Shown piece by piece: positions 20,717 to 31,618 of a DNA stretch of 64,000 nt. The notes below the pieces were generated by a model. The model saw only the letters and a program-made list of their open reading frames with translations. It did no database searches and was not told the origin of the DNA. The first letter of the stretch is position 1, and each line of letters starts with the position of its first letter. Both the position numbers and the translations under genes were made by a program. Origin of the DNA: an uncultured Actinomycetes bacterium (GTDB taxonomy: Bacteria; Actinomycetota; Thermoleophilia; RBG-16-64-13). The DNA lies in assembly GCA_963841735.1 (NCBI GenBank), contig CAWJDT010000001.1, forward strand, positions 1,568,001 to 1,632,000, given 5' to 3'.

Positions 20717-21519
20717 CGGTGTGTGGGGGCGGCGAGCCGCCCGAGTCCGTCGGCGGCGGGGCGGTGTTCCTGCGAGCGGTGGAGATACGCGGAGATGAGT
20801 TCCCCTCCCCTGCGGTCTATCCCTTCGACATCCCGGCCCTGGGGCGCCGCCAGACGCTAAGGTTCGAGCAGAGCGTGAGCTTCTTTGTGGGCGAGAACGG
20901 CTCGGGGAAGTCCACCCTCATCGACGCCGTCGCGCGCCGGTGCGGACTGCACCTATGGGCAGACGGGAAGCGTTGCGCCTCGCCTGCGTCCAGTGGCCGG
21001 CCGGCGGCGCACGCGGTGCGCGGACGGTTGAGCGACTACGTGAACGTCACCGTGGCTCGGGGTCCTGTGCGCGGCGGGATCTTCAGTGCCGAGAGCTTTC
21101 GCGAATGGGCCGAATTCCTGGACGACCTCAGTCAGGTCGACCCCGGTCAGGCGAAGTATCACGGGGGCAAGGAGCTCACTCTGCGTTCGCGGGGAGAAGG
21201 CCTGCTCGCGTATTTTCGGGGGCGCTACCGCATACCGGGGCTGTACTTCTTGGATGAGCCCGAAGCCGCCCTGTCCCCGGCCAGCCAGATCGAATTGCTG
21301 CGGCTGCTCGCAGCCTTTCGCGAGCAGGGTCACGCCCAGTTCGTCCTGGCTACTCACTCACCCATCTTGATGGCCTTGCCGGGGGCTCAGGTGTTTTGCT
21401 TCGACGGGGGTGTCATAGAGGAGACCCGATTCGAGCAGACGGCCCACTACCGTCTCTACCGTGATTTCATGGCCGATCCGGCGACCTTTCTGGCGAAGTT
21501 GAGCCCGCGAGAGCTCTAG
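20713..21519 (+). CDS. ABC/AAA-type ATPase
   Basis: GENGSGKST, LDEPEAALS, ATHSPIL. Confidence 0.88.
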   Translation: MTVCGGGEPPESVGGGAVFLRAVEIRGDEFPSPAVYPFDIPALGRRQTLRFEQSVSFFVGENGSGKSTLIDAVARRCGLHLWADGKRCASPASSGRPAAHAVRGRLSDYVNVTVARGPVRGGIFSAESFREWAEFLDDLSQVDPGQAKYHGGKELTLRSRGEGLLAYFRGRYRIPGLYFLDEPEAALSPASQIELLRLLAAFREQGHAQFVLATHSPILMALPGAQVFCFDGGVIEETRFEQTAHYRLYRDFMADPATFLAKLSPREL

Positions 21520-21645
21520 TACTCTGACCCGCAGGTTCGCCGGCGCAAAGCCCTGGTACGCAAAACGAGCCGGATGATCCGGCTCGTTTTGCGTTCGCAT
21601 CCCAACGGCGCCCGCCGGCCTGCCGGCCTGGGGGCGCTTGCAGCG

Positions 21646-22095
21646 CTATTCGATGGTGAGAGTCACTTGGAAGGTCTGATCTGGAGTAGCACCGGAATCG
21701 AATTGCTGGGCGTACGTGATCACCAGTTCCGCCTCTCCCTTGGCCAATGCCTTGAATGTCAGGGTGGCTGTGCCTCCCGAGCCTACGATGGCTTGGTCGG
21801 TGGAGTCGGTGGTGTACTCGGCCTCACCCACCTGCTCGAGCAAGGTGGCGTCTTCGGCGCTCAGCTTGGCCGCCCACGAATAGCCGGTGGTGGCATTGGC
21901 CGCGAGCACAACTTTGATGGTGTCGCCTACCTTGACGGTGAAGGCCTTGCCGTTGTCGTTGGCAGCTAGGTTCCAGGAGCCGCCCGCGGCGCCGGCGTCA
22001 TCGCCGCACCCGGCGGCCGCCACCGCGATCAGGGCCGCGACCAGCACAATGATGGCTGTGCCGAGACCGAACTTGCGAACATTGTGCCTGTCCAT
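21646..22095 (-). CDS. Chagasin-family (I42) protease inhibitor lipoprotein
   Basis: Lipobox AAGC; LAANATTGYSW, VGSGG. Confidence 0.85.
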   Translation of the reverse strand: MDRHNVRKFGLGTAIIVLVAALIAVAAAGCGDDAGAAGGSWNLAANDNGKAFTVKVGDTIKVVLAANATTGYSWAAKLSAEDATLLEQVGEAEYTTDSTDQAIVGSGGTATLTFKALAKGEAELVITYAQQFDSGATPDQTFQVTLTIE

Positions 22096-22181
22096 CGCTA
22101 TACCCCTTATCCTCGTCTTGCTGTGTTGTCCTGTGCTGTGCAACGCCTCTGAGACGAACCGGGGGGCTTTCTGGTTTCGGG

Positions 22182-23315
22182 CTATGGGGAGGATTGTTGC
22201 GCGCGCGCGGTGGCCTTGCGGAAAGCGCGTCGCCGTCGCCAAACGACGAAGCCCAAGAGAAGTATGACGGCTACCGCGGTGGTGACTATCACCACGGCCT
22301 TCATGTCCTGGACGATCATGGCCACGATGTTGGTGGCCAGGGTGACCGTCCACAGTACGAGGGCGGTGCGGGCTTGCGAAAGCCCCCGGTCCAGGAGCCT
22401 GTGGTGGAAGTGGTCTTTGCCGGGGGTGCTGAGAGGGTTGCTGCGCTTTATCAGCCGGCGTACCACCACCTGCGCTGTATCCAGGAGTGGCAACAGGAAG
22501 GGCAACAGCAGAAATACCACGGTAGGTGCCAAGGCGAAGACGGTGGTGACCTTGAGACTCCCCAGGATGGTCGAGGCCGCCAACACATAGCCGAAGAAGT
22601 AGGCGCCGGAGTCGCCCATGATGATGCGAGAGGGGGCGAAGTTGTGACGCAAGAAGCCGAGGGCCGCCCCGCCCATGGCCGCCAGTAGGATGGTCGCGGC
22701 GGCTCGGGACTCGAACTGGGCCGACACTGCGAGCAGGCACATAGAAGTGATGAAGCTGACCCCACCGGCAAGGCCATCCACCCCGTCGATGAGATTGATG
22801 GCGTTGGTGATGGCGACGATCCAGATCACGGTGAACACGACCGAGATAGTGAGGGCGAAATCGCCTCCGAACTCCACCGGGATGCGAATGCCGGTGCCGA
22901 CCAGCAGCAGGGCTGCTATCAGCTGTATCGCTAGGCGGAAGACCGGGGGTAGACCGTACTGGTCGTCTATGAAGCCGGCCAGGATCATGAACGATCCCCC
23001 GAGCATGATGGCCAGTATCTGCACCTGCACGTCCAGGATGACTATGCGGCGCATCAGAGTGGCGATGACCAGCGCCAGGATTACCGCGGCGAAGATGCCA
23101 AGGCCACCAGCGTTAGGTAGAGGCTCCTTGTTCAAGCGCCGGGCGTTCGGCTCGTCCGCCCAGCCTACGCGCAGTGAGTACATACGCATGCGGGGCATGA
23201 ACCACCAGGCCGCGACGGCAGCGATCAAGAAAGTAAGGACTACTGTCACCCAGCCCAGCCGACCAGGGGCGTAGATGCCGAGGGTTTTGAGAAAGTCGGT
23301 TATCGGATCGAGCAT
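22182..23315 (-). CDS. MraY/WecA/TagO-family polyprenyl-phosphate GlcNAc-1-P transferase
   Basis: GFIDD, NAINLIDGVDGLA, IMGDSG, DHFHHRL. Confidence 0.92.
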   Translation of the reverse strand: MLDPITDFLKTLGIYAPGRLGWVTVVLTFLIAAVAAWWFMPRMRMYSLRVGWADEPNARRLNKEPLPNAGGLGIFAAVILALVIATLMRRIVILDVQVQILAIMLGGSFMILAGFIDDQYGLPPVFRLAIQLIAALLLVGTGIRIPVEFGGDFALTISVVFTVIWIVAITNAINLIDGVDGLAGGVSFITSMCLLAVSAQFESRAAATILLAAMGGAALGFLRHNFAPSRIIMGDSGAYFFGYVLAASTILGSLKVTTVFALAPTVVFLLLPFLLPLLDTAQVVVRRLIKRSNPLSTPGKDHFHHRLLDRGLSQARTALVLWTVTLATNIVAMIVQDMKAVVIVTTAVAVILLLGFVVWRRRRAFRKATARAQQSSP

Positions 23316-23420
23316 CGTACAGGCATCCTATCATCGGCGGAGGATACAAGAGCGTTCCGCGGCCAATAGGTCGGACGAGGCATAAACGACGTCGGATGGC
23401 GACCAGACCCAGGCGTTGGG

Positions 23421-24155
23421 TCAGCGCTTGCGGTGGACCAACCTGAGTGCTGCCCAATCTCGATCGATCGCAGCCACCTTGACATCCACAAGAGCGTGGG
23501 TGAGGCCCAGCCTGCGGACCACGTTCTCGTTGAGGTCGTCGAAGCGGCCTGCCCCTCGGCCGGACTGCTTGAGCCACGATACCCAGAGGCTGCCCCCGGG
23601 GGCCAGTTTGTCGCGCAGCAGGGCAAACGACTTCACGAGGTCTGTCCGGTCGCGGGCGAAGACGTGGATATAGTCGAACATGCCGTCGTGCGAGACCAGG
23701 CCGTCGGCCTGGTCGAATACCAGGAAGCCGGCGGGCAGAGGGAACAGGGGATTGTCGTCGTCCGCAGGCGGCGCGATGATCGCCCCGGCGTCCTCGGGTC
23801 GGAGTCTTAGCTTCTTGTGGAGTGGGTTCTCGTCGACAGCTGCCGCCGCGGGGGAGGTCGCGGGCGGTGTCGCGCTCACCGGTTTGTCGCCGGAAGTCTC
23901 TAGGGGGGCAGCTTCGAGCGGCGCTTTGACCGGCGAAGCGGCCGGCGCTTTGGCCGAGGCTTTGTTGGCCGGCGCTCTAGCCGGCGCTTTGGACGGCGCT
24001 TTGGACGGCGCTTTGGACGGCGCTTTGGACGGCGCTTTGGACGGCGCCGACTTGTTGGCCTTCGTGGCTGTCACGGGCTGCTTCGTGGCCCCGGCGGCCT
24101 TGGTGGGCTTCGCGGGGGGCGTGGCCTGGGGTTTGTCAGTGTCTTCTTTTGGCAT
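23421..24155 (-). CDS. DUF3052-like protein with a Lys/Ala/Pro-rich N-terminus
   Basis: C-terminal LWVSWLK...DLNENVVR...LVDVKVAAID; (APSK)n repeats. Confidence 0.7.
   Translation of the reverse strand: MPKEDTDKPQATPPAKPTKAAGATKQPVTATKANKSAPSKAPSKAPSKAPSKAPSKAPARAPANKASAKAPAASPVKAPLEAAPLETSGDKPVSATPPATSPAAAAVDENPLHKKLRLRPEDAGAIIAPPADDDNPLFPLPAGFLVFDQADGLVSHDGMFDYIHVFARDRTDLVKSFALLRDKLAPGGSLWVSWLKQSGRGAGRFDDLNENVVRRLGLTHALVDVKVAAIDRDWAALRLVHRKR
23982..24047. repeat. 12-bp coding tandem repeat (CGGCGCTTTGGA, about 5.5 units)
   Basis: Encodes the KAPS repeats. Confidence 0.9.
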
Positions 24156-24309
24156 ATCTTCTCCGCGGGCAATGGGTTGGGCCTGCAGCCCGCTATCTGC
24201 GCCATGTTAGCATTTTGGGCGCTCTGGACTAATGCTTCGGCTTGCTTTAGCCTTTTCGGCATCCGTCGCGATCCGGGTCTGGTGACGGCCTGACCCCGAG
24301 GAGGGAAAC

Positions 24310-25128
24310 ATGTTCTGTGCCAAGTGCGGTCAATCCCTTGAAGAGGGCAAGCGCTTCTGTATCAGCTGCGGTGCCCCCGTGACCGCACCCCCTACTCCGC
24401 CGGGTTTTCCGCCGGGGCCCTTGCCGGGTCCTCCGCCGGCGGGCAACCACACCGGTCTGATCGTCGGCTCGATCGTGGCTGGGATCATTGTTCTCGCCGG
24501 GCTGGGCGTGGGCCTCTGGTTGGGACTACGCGACGACGGCAAGACGGATTCCACGACGGTGGTCTCGGGCACCACCAGTAGCTTTGCCGGGACAGGGGGT
24601 AGCGTAACCACCGGCGGCGGGACTGCCCCCAGCTCTGGCGGCGCTATCACCACCCAGACGATCCCCAGTTTGACCGGCTCGACCGGTCCTCCGGGAGTTA
24701 CCGGTAGCACCAGCACCACCGCAGACCTGCTCGCCGAGTGGTACACGTTCCACGATAACCTGGTCTTGGAGTTGGACTACGACAATGGGCGCATCCCGGA
24801 ACTGGCCGATGCGATCAACGCCACCACTCCCGATGTGCCCGACTGGGTGTATGAGGAGCTGTCCGACATGGCCGACAGCCTGGGGGCGGCGAGCCAGACC
24901 ATGGCCGACACGACGGTGCCTCCGGGATTCGACGACGCCCACTTCTGGATCATGGAGGCTGCTGCGCACATGGGCAACCGCATACAGGCAACCATGGACG
25001 GCATCTCGCTCATTTGGTCCACCGGCTCCATCAACTCGGCGAAGGCCTCCTTCGATATCGGTCGAGCCGAACGGGATGCCTACGTGGACGCCCTAGGGGA
25101 GCACTATAGCTTCATGCCCGCGGATTGA
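24310..25128 (+). CDS. Zinc-ribbon membrane protein
   Basis: MFCAKCG...FCISCG, one TM helix, Thr-rich linker. Confidence 0.8.
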   Translation: MFCAKCGQSLEEGKRFCISCGAPVTAPPTPPGFPPGPLPGPPPAGNHTGLIVGSIVAGIIVLAGLGVGLWLGLRDDGKTDSTTVVSGTTSSFAGTGGSVTTGGGTAPSSGGAITTQTIPSLTGSTGPPGVTGSTSTTADLLAEWYTFHDNLVLELDYDNGRIPELADAINATTPDVPDWVYEELSDMADSLGAASQTMADTTVPPGFDDAHFWIMEAAAHMGNRIQATMDGISLIWSTGSINSAKASFDIGRAERDAYVDALGEHYSFMPAD

Positions 25129-25190
25129 CGCGCGCCGTGGCGCCGGTGAGACCCGCCGGCGTGGGGCGCTCCAATCAATCGGGCCGGGGG

Positions 25191-26279
25191 CTACTCTATG
25201 GTGCGCGCGTCCGCCAACGACGCAAGGTCGGCGTCGCTGAGGCCTGTAAGGAAGTCCAAGAGCACAGCCCCAGACTGCCTTACCACCTCGAGGTCGCAAT
25301 GCTCGTATGTGTCCCCTGCCTTATGGTAGGTGGGGTCGTCCCGCCATTCTAGCCAGGCCACGGGGTAGCCTGCCGTCTCGAAGGCCTCGTGGTCGCTGGA
25401 ACCGGTGGGGCCTGTATCCCGGCTGTAGGAGCAGGGGATTCCGGCCTCAGTCGAGCGGGTCAGCAGCATGTCGGTGAGCAACTGCGGCCCCCGGCCCATG
25501 TTGCGCACTTTGAGGTCCTGCCCGTAGGCCACCATGTCTACCGAGATCATCCCTGCCAGCGCTGTGCGCTGCTGCTCGCTCATGTCCTCTACGTAGCGGC
25601 GGGAGCCGAAGTGATGATGACTGCTGTCGGAGTCGATCATCTCTTCGGCACCGAAGAGCACGAACTCCAGACTGGGGGTGATGTCGGCGTCGACGAGGTC
25701 GCGGGCCAGTTCGAGGACTACTGCCACGCCAGAGGCGTTGTCGTTGCCTCCCGGCGTGGTGGTCTTGGAGTCAAGATGACCGCCCACGGTCAGTACCCAG
25801 TGGGAAGAGCCTGGCTTCACGGCTCGTACGTTGTGGGATGTCTTGCCGTTGGGCAGAGGCACTTGGGTGACGGCTACTGAATAGCCCAGACCGGTTAGAT
25901 AGCCCGCCGCGTAGCTGACGGCGGCGTCTTCGGCTTCACTGCCGGAGGGTCTTGCCCCTATGTCGACGGCCAGCGCCTGGATATGCTCCATAGTTAGACC
26001 GGCATCGAAGGCTAGGGGTGGAGTGGGGGGCGGCAACGTGGTGGTGGGGAGGCTGGTGCTCGAAGGGGCAGGGGCGGAAGTTGTCACCGGGTCGGAGGTC
26101 ATGGGAGTCGTTGTGGTCGCGGCGGGTGCCGTCGTGGTTGTGGGCTGGTCCCCGGGGGTCGAGGGGTTCGCACCGGGCCAGAAGACGAATATGGCCAGCC
26201 CGGCCGCGACAAGAAGGAGGACGAGTGCTCCTATCAGCAGGCGCGTGTCCTGCCTTCGTCTGCGTGTAGTCGGGCGCAT
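25191..26279 (-). CDS. M28-family aminopeptidase, membrane anchored
   Basis: GHLDS, GNDNASG, GAEE, SDH, YH. Confidence 0.9.
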   Translation of the reverse strand: MRPTTRRRRQDTRLLIGALVLLLVAAGLAIFVFWPGANPSTPGDQPTTTTAPAATTTTPMTSDPVTTSAPAPSSTSLPTTTLPPPTPPLAFDAGLTMEHIQALAVDIGARPSGSEAEDAAVSYAAGYLTGLGYSVAVTQVPLPNGKTSHNVRAVKPGSSHWVLTVGGHLDSKTTTPGGNDNASGVAVVLELARDLVDADITPSLEFVLFGAEEMIDSDSSHHHFGSRRYVEDMSEQQRTALAGMISVDMVAYGQDLKVRNMGRGPQLLTDMLLTRSTEAGIPCSYSRDTGPTGSSDHEAFETAGYPVAWLEWRDDPTYHKAGDTYEHCDLEVVRQSGAVLLDFLTGLSDADLASLADARTIE

Positions 26280-26283
26280 ACGG

Positions 26284-27228
26284 CTACTGCGCGCCCCAGA
26301 AATGCAGCTCCGATACAGAGGTGTCTTCGGCCTTATTGGGCCCTTCCGCCGCTTCGTACACGGCTGTGATGGTGACGCGCACGGAGGTGACCGTGTGCGA
26401 GATGCTTAGAGCGATGACCTGCGGTTCGCGAGAATCCGCTACCGAATATGACTCCACGGTGCCGTCGGAGAAACTAAGGTCGAAGCTGCGCACCCTGCCG
26501 TTAGAAATCCACCTGTCCCAGCCGTCCGTGGTCTTGTCGTAACCGGGCACGATGCGGAGCTGTTGTATGGTCACCGGGTCGGCGAAAGTGAACTCGATGA
26601 ACTCGCCGATGCCGTACCCGGCTACTCCTTCGGCCCAACAGGTGGTGGGGTCGGTGTCGATGAGATTCGCCTTGCTGTAGCTGGTCGAGCCCTGCGCGGC
26701 CAGCGTGGAAGACACGTTGATGTCGGCTTGGGCCGAGAGGTCGACTGGCGCGGTTTCTACGGCGGAGGTCGTAGTGGTCTGGCCGGCCGTGCTCCCGGTT
26801 GTCTGGTCATTGGGGACCGTGGTGCCCGGGCCGGCGGTGGTGCCCGCGGCTGTGTCGGTCGAGACGGTGCTCGCGCTCCCGGAGTCGTCGCGGAGGAGGA
26901 AGTACGCGGCGATGGCGGCGCCGGCGCAGAGCACGAAGACCAGCCCTGCGACGAAGACCCACATACCGGCACGCCCACGCGGCGGATCAGATCGCTCCCA
27001 TGATTGGGAGGGGTCCCAAGACTCCAGGGGAGGGGACGGCTCCCAGGGGTTCGGGGTGGCCTGCGGGGCCGGAGGGCTCGGCGGGGCGATCGCGGCCAAC
27101 ACCGGGGCGACCGGCGGGACTACCTCCGTGATTGCGTCCGGGTCGATTGCCGCGGTCGCCGGAGCGCCGCAGAAACGACAGAATCTTGTGCCACCTTCGA
27201 TCTCTTCACCGCACTTGGCGCAGAGCAT
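26284..27228 (-). CDS. Zinc-ribbon membrane protein with a discoidin-like domain
   Basis: CAKC/CRFC; NLIDTDPTTCWAEG. Confidence 0.8.
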   Translation of the reverse strand: MLCAKCGEEIEGGTRFCRFCGAPATAAIDPDAITEVVPPVAPVLAAIAPPSPPAPQATPNPWEPSPPLESWDPSQSWERSDPPRGRAGMWVFVAGLVFVLCAGAAIAAYFLLRDDSGSASTVSTDTAAGTTAGPGTTVPNDQTTGSTAGQTTTTSAVETAPVDLSAQADINVSSTLAAQGSTSYSKANLIDTDPTTCWAEGVAGYGIGEFIEFTFADPVTIQQLRIVPGYDKTTDGWDRWISNGRVRSFDLSFSDGTVESYSVADSREPQVIALSISHTVTSVRVTITAVYEAAEGPNKAEDTSVSELHFWGAQ

Positions 27229-27261
27229 CGCTCACCTCCTCGGCTGCCGACAGGGATCACG

Positions 27262-28206
27262 CTAGAGGGCGATCACCCGGAAGGCTCGTACGTTGATCTG
27301 ACCTTTGCCGCAGTAGATGCCAACGGTGCCGGCTTCGAGTGCCCGGTTGTCGGTGGCTCGAGCCAACTCGGCGTCTTCGAAGCGCAGCTTGAGGGTGTTG
27401 TCGTAGACTTCAATCCGGTACTTGTGCCACTGGCCATCGAGAGCGAAGTGGGCGTCGGCGATGTCACTCTCACCGAATCCTATGACCAGGCGCTCGTTAT
27501 CTCCGTTGAATCCCGCCCAGTAGCCGAGGCCGTTGGTCATGCGGGCCATGAGGTACACGTCGGTGCCGGCGTCGGGAGCCAGTATCTGGACCTCGCACTC
27601 CACCGCGTAGTTGCGCTGCTCGCCCAGGTCGACCGGGGCCACCGCGAAGGAATCGCTGCTGCCGTCGGTGACAAGCATGCCGGCGATCGTCTTCCACTGA
27701 CCGGCGGCCGCCCACCCGTTGAGGCCTGTCGACCAGTCGGTGATCTCATAGAGCACGGTGTCCGCGGGCGGCGGCGGGATGGTGGTGGGCAGGGGTTGGG
27801 TCGTGGCGGCACCGTTCTGCGTGGTGGTCGGGCCGTCAAACAGCGTGGTGGTCGGGGCGCTGCTCGGGGTAGTCGTGGTCACCGGCAGCGTGGTGGTGGT
27901 CACGGGGGCGATGGTGGCTGTAACTACCGAGTCGGCGATGGTGGTGGTCACGGGGGCGATGGTGGTTGTAACTACCGAGTCGGCGATGGTGGTGCTGGGG
28001 ATGCTGGAGGTGGTTGCCGCAAGAGTGGCGAGCGTAGAAGTCTCGGCCGCGGACGTCCCAGAGGCCCGGCCGCTGTCCAGGCTGCAGCCCGTTGCCAGCG
28101 GGAGCAGCAACATCGCCAGTGCAAGAATGTACATCGACCGGGCGGATCGTGCCCGCCTGCACCGATCGAGACGCGCCCTCTCGCGGAAGCTCTGTAGCCT
28201 ATTCAT
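27262..28206 (-). CDS. Lipoprotein with a Thr-rich stalk and ConA/LamG-like domain
   Basis: Lipobox ATGC; a 48-bp duplicated unit near 27891-27994; GQWHKYRIEV, GTVGI. Confidence 0.7.
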   Translation of the reverse strand: MNRLQSFRERARLDRCRRARSARSMYILALAMLLLPLATGCSLDSGRASGTSAAETSTLATLAATTSSIPSTTIADSVVTTTIAPVTTTIADSVVTATIAPVTTTTLPVTTTTPSSAPTTTLFDGPTTTQNGAATTQPLPTTIPPPPADTVLYEITDWSTGLNGWAAAGQWKTIAGMLVTDGSSDSFAVAPVDLGEQRNYAVECEVQILAPDAGTDVYLMARMTNGLGYWAGFNGDNERLVIGFGESDIADAHFALDGQWHKYRIEVYDNTLKLRFEDAELARATDNRALEAGTVGIYCGKGQINVRAFRVIAL

Positions 28207-28399
28207 CGCCGCCCTCCTTAGGAATGCATGCTGGTTGTTGCACCGCGCGTCGTCAGAGCGACCGGGCGCCACATGTAGCAAAGTACCATCCCGAGGCCGA
28301 AATACCAGCTTCTGGACAAGACCGGCGTTGCCAGAGGGTGGGCGGTGAAGCGTCGTGACACGTACTTGTGAAGAGAACGTTTGCTCCGCAGCCCATTTC

Positions 28400-30823
28400 C
28401 TAGCGGTGCCGACCCAGCCGGAGTGAGTTGCCCACCACCAGCAGACTACTCGCGGCCATCGCACCGGAGGCGATGATGGGACTGATCAGACCCGTGACTG
28501 CGAGGGGGATCGCCACCGCGTTGTAGGCGAAAGCCCATGCCAGGTTCTGGCGGATATCCCCCCGAGTGCGGGCGGAGAGCTTGACGAACCAGGGCACAAG
28601 CGTGAGATCGCCGCGGGTGACGATGACGTCGGCCGCGTCGGCGGTCAGATCGGCACCCTCTGCCATGGCCACGGCCAGGTCGGCCTGGGCAAGGGCGGGA
28701 GCGTCGTTAACCCCATCGCCCACCACAGCAACCACCTCGCCTTCGCCTTGCCAGAGGCGGATCCGACCCACCTTGGCCTCGGGGCCGAGGCCTCCTGAGT
28801 AATCACCCGCGCCGACTTCGAGCGCCACCGATGCAACCGGCTCGGCGGCGTCGCCGGAAAGGATGCTGGTCTTGATGTTCTGCCTCGCCAGAGCGGCAAA
28901 CGCCTCCCGGGCCGTGGGGTTGAGTTCGTCGCGCAGCGTGATGGAGCCGAGGGGTCGGTCGTCCCGGGCGACCCACACCGTGGTGCCCCAGGCCGCCGCC
29001 GGACCTTCGACGGCAGAGGGGGCCGTCTCGGCGCGGAGCGTGGTTGGGTCGAGGCCAAGGTAGGCGGGAGATCCTACCCTCACTCGGGCTCCGCCCAGAG
29101 AGGGCACGACTGCACCGCAGCCCCGTCCGCGTATGGCCTCGAAATCGGTAGCCGTGGGAAGCGGCCCTTCGCAGGCGGCCACGATCGCCTGGGCTAGGGG
29201 GTGTCCGGAATACTGTTCCACGGCCGCGGCCAGGCAAAGCAGGTGCTGTCCCGCGTCGCCGGTCGGTGATGTCGGCGGATCAGGCCCCAGCAGGTCGGGA
29301 GTGAGGACCATGACTCGGTCGACTGTCAGGCGTCCGCGCGTGACGGTGCCGGTCTTGTCGAAGACCACGCGCTTCACCGTTGCGGCCAGCTCCAGCGCCG
29401 CCGGGTTTCGTACCAGCACCCCCGCGCGGGCCGCCGCGCTCAGAGAAATGGTGAGGGCGAGCGGAGTGGCCAGACCCAAGGCGCACGGGCAGGCGACTAC
29501 CAGGACGGTGATCGCCGCGATGAAGGAACCAGGCGCGGGCCGTCCCAGCGCAAGCCTGACGGCGAACGAGACGACTGCCACCAAGATGATGCCCACAGCG
29601 AAATACGCGGAAGCCCTGTCGGCGAGCCTCTGGCTGCGCGGCTTTGTCGCCAAGGTCTCCTCGATGAGCTGGGATATCTTGGCCAGCCTGCTGCCGGTCA
29701 CCGGGCCGGTCGTCCGGGCCACCAGCGAGCCGTCTAGCAATAGGGTGCCGGCCATGATGTGGTGTCCGGTCTCCTTGTCCACCGGGAACGACTCTCCGGT
29801 GAGCAGGGATTCGTCCACCGCTCCCGCGCCCTCGGTGACCGTGCCGTCGGCTGGAATGCGTTCACCGGCTTTGATGAGGATCTCGGCTTCAGCAGGCAGA
29901 TCCGCGGCGTCCACCCTTACCCAGGCGTCCTCGACGCGGGTCCAGGCGCAGTCGGGCTGGAGGTCGAGCAAGGCGTTGAGGTCGCGACGTGCCCTGGTGC
30001 CGCCCAGGGATTCCAGGTAGCGCCCGATCATCACGAAGGTGGTGATCATCGCGGCTGAGTCGAAGTACGTGGCTCCCGAGGCACTGACTGTGACATATGC
30101 GCTGTAGACGAAGGCCGAGAGCGTTCCCAGAGCCACAAGGGTGTCCATGGTCGCGGTGCGGGCCAGCAGAGCGCGCCAGGCCCCTCGCAAGAAGGAGAGG
30201 CCGCCGACAAACAGCACGGGCAGGGTCAGTCCCATGGCCAGATACTGGAGAGTGCGCACCTCCGAACCCGCGTAGTCTCCCTGGCCGTAACGGGGATAGA
30301 GTAGAGCGAGATAGATGATCATCACCTGCATCCCGAAAGAGACCGCCACGATCAGCTGAAGGAGGATGCCCTCGAGCCGTCTCTCGACACCGGCGTGCGC
30401 GCGGTCGGAAAGCACCCGGGCCTGATATCCGAGGGACTCCAGCCTCGCGAGCAGGGCGTTTGCCGAAGCCTTGTCGGGGTCGTAGCTGACGCGTCCGCGC
30501 TCGGAGGCGAAGCTGACGTCGACGTTGCGCACCCCGGGCTGATGACGCAACAGCGCCTCGGCGGCCGTCGCGCATCCTGTGCACCACATGCCTTTCAGGG
30601 AGAAATAGGCGGTCTCGCTGGGGCCGACCAGGGAGGCGACCGGCCGGCTTTTGGCCACCGGCTTGGTGAGTATCTGTTGGAGAAGGCCGCTCTCGTCCGC
30701 CAGTTCGTAGACTCGAGCGCAGCCCTCACAGCAGAAGCGTTTCTCCTCGGCTTTGATCGTCCGCGAGACTGGGAGAGGCGCCTGCAGACCACACAGGTCG
30801 CAACTGGAGTGTCGGTCTACCAC
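28400..30823 (-). CDS. P1B heavy-metal (Cu) ATPase, CcoI/FixI-like
   Basis: N-terminal CxxC...CCEGC, GMWCTGC, TGES, CPC, DKTGT, HP, GDGVND. Confidence 0.93.
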   Translation of the reverse strand: MVDRHSSCDLCGLQAPLPVSRTIKAEEKRFCCEGCARVYELADESGLLQQILTKPVAKSRPVASLVGPSETAYFSLKGMWCTGCATAAEALLRHQPGVRNVDVSFASERGRVSYDPDKASANALLARLESLGYQARVLSDRAHAGVERRLEGILLQLIVAVSFGMQVMIIYLALLYPRYGQGDYAGSEVRTLQYLAMGLTLPVLFVGGLSFLRGAWRALLARTATMDTLVALGTLSAFVYSAYVTVSASGATYFDSAAMITTFVMIGRYLESLGGTRARRDLNALLDLQPDCAWTRVEDAWVRVDAADLPAEAEILIKAGERIPADGTVTEGAGAVDESLLTGESFPVDKETGHHIMAGTLLLDGSLVARTTGPVTGSRLAKISQLIEETLATKPRSQRLADRASAYFAVGIILVAVVSFAVRLALGRPAPGSFIAAITVLVVACPCALGLATPLALTISLSAAARAGVLVRNPAALELAATVKRVVFDKTGTVTRGRLTVDRVMVLTPDLLGPDPPTSPTGDAGQHLLCLAAAVEQYSGHPLAQAIVAACEGPLPTATDFEAIRGRGCGAVVPSLGGARVRVGSPAYLGLDPTTLRAETAPSAVEGPAAAWGTTVWVARDDRPLGSITLRDELNPTAREAFAALARQNIKTSILSGDAAEPVASVALEVGAGDYSGGLGPEAKVGRIRLWQGEGEVVAVVGDGVNDAPALAQADLAVAMAEGADLTADAADVIVTRGDLTLVPWFVKLSARTRGDIRQNLAWAFAYNAVAIPLAVTGLISPIIASGAMAASSLLVVGNSLRLGRHR

Positions 30824-31608
30824 AGCATGAACCGGCCGATGTTCACGGAGTGCACGACGCCAAGGGCTGCCAGACCGCGCAGACAGAGCTGCAGCCCGAC
30901 CAGGAACACGATGACCCCTGCGGCCCGCATCAGCCACCGGCGGCGGGGCGAGCCGAGAAAACCGATTCCCGACTGGACTATAGCCAGCGCCGGGAAGGTG
31001 GCGAGGCCGAAGACCAACATGGCGAGGGAGCCGCCCCAGGGGCTGCCGGTCCCGGCTCCCACGAGGAGGGCTCCGTAGACGAGGCCACAGGGCAAGATGC
31101 CGTTGATGGCGCCGAGTAGCGCTGGTCCCCAGTGTCCCGGGAGCCGCAAGGCCCGCAGGGTGGCTCTGTTCCACCAACGGGCTCCGCCCGCTCGGGCCAA
31201 GGCGGGGAGCAGGCCGGCGTACCCGAGGCCCAGTACCAGCACCGCCAGGCCGATCGCGATGCCGACGACTGCGCCGAACGTGGTCATATCTCCGGCGAGA
31301 CCGAAGAGGGAAGCGGTGGCGCCTACGATGGCGCCCATGACCACGTAGACCGCGATGCGGCAGGCGTGATAGACGAAGGTGGCGGCGACCGGCATGCGGC
31401 GCATGGAGGGAGCGGCAACTTGCCTGGTGGTCTCGGCGGCGGCTTCGCAGGCGGTCGCGGCGCCGGCGGCTTCGGCGCCAGCTCTCCGCTCGGCGAAGCG
31501 AATACCCGTCATGGCCACCAGGGGCCCGCACATACCCAGACAGTGGCCCACGCTCCCAAGCAGACCCGCGACGAAGAGGGCCGCCAGAGTACTGCCGGCT
31601 ACCGGCAA
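30817..31608 (-). CDS. DsbD_2/TauE-like membrane maturation protein
   Basis: GHCLGMCGP, LPCGLVY. Confidence 0.85.
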   Translation of the reverse strand: MPVAGSTLAALFVAGLLGSVGHCLGMCGPLVAMTGIRFAERRAGAEAAGAATACEAAAETTRQVAAPSMRRMPVAATFVYHACRIAVYVVMGAIVGATASLFGLAGDMTTFGAVVGIAIGLAVLVLGLGYAGLLPALARAGGARWWNRATLRALRLPGHWGPALLGAINGILPCGLVYGALLVGAGTGSPWGGSLAMLVFGLATFPALAIVQSGIGFLGSPRRRWLMRAAGVIVFLVGLQLCLRGLAALGVVHSVNIGRFMLW

Positions 31609-31618
31609 GTCGCGCCTC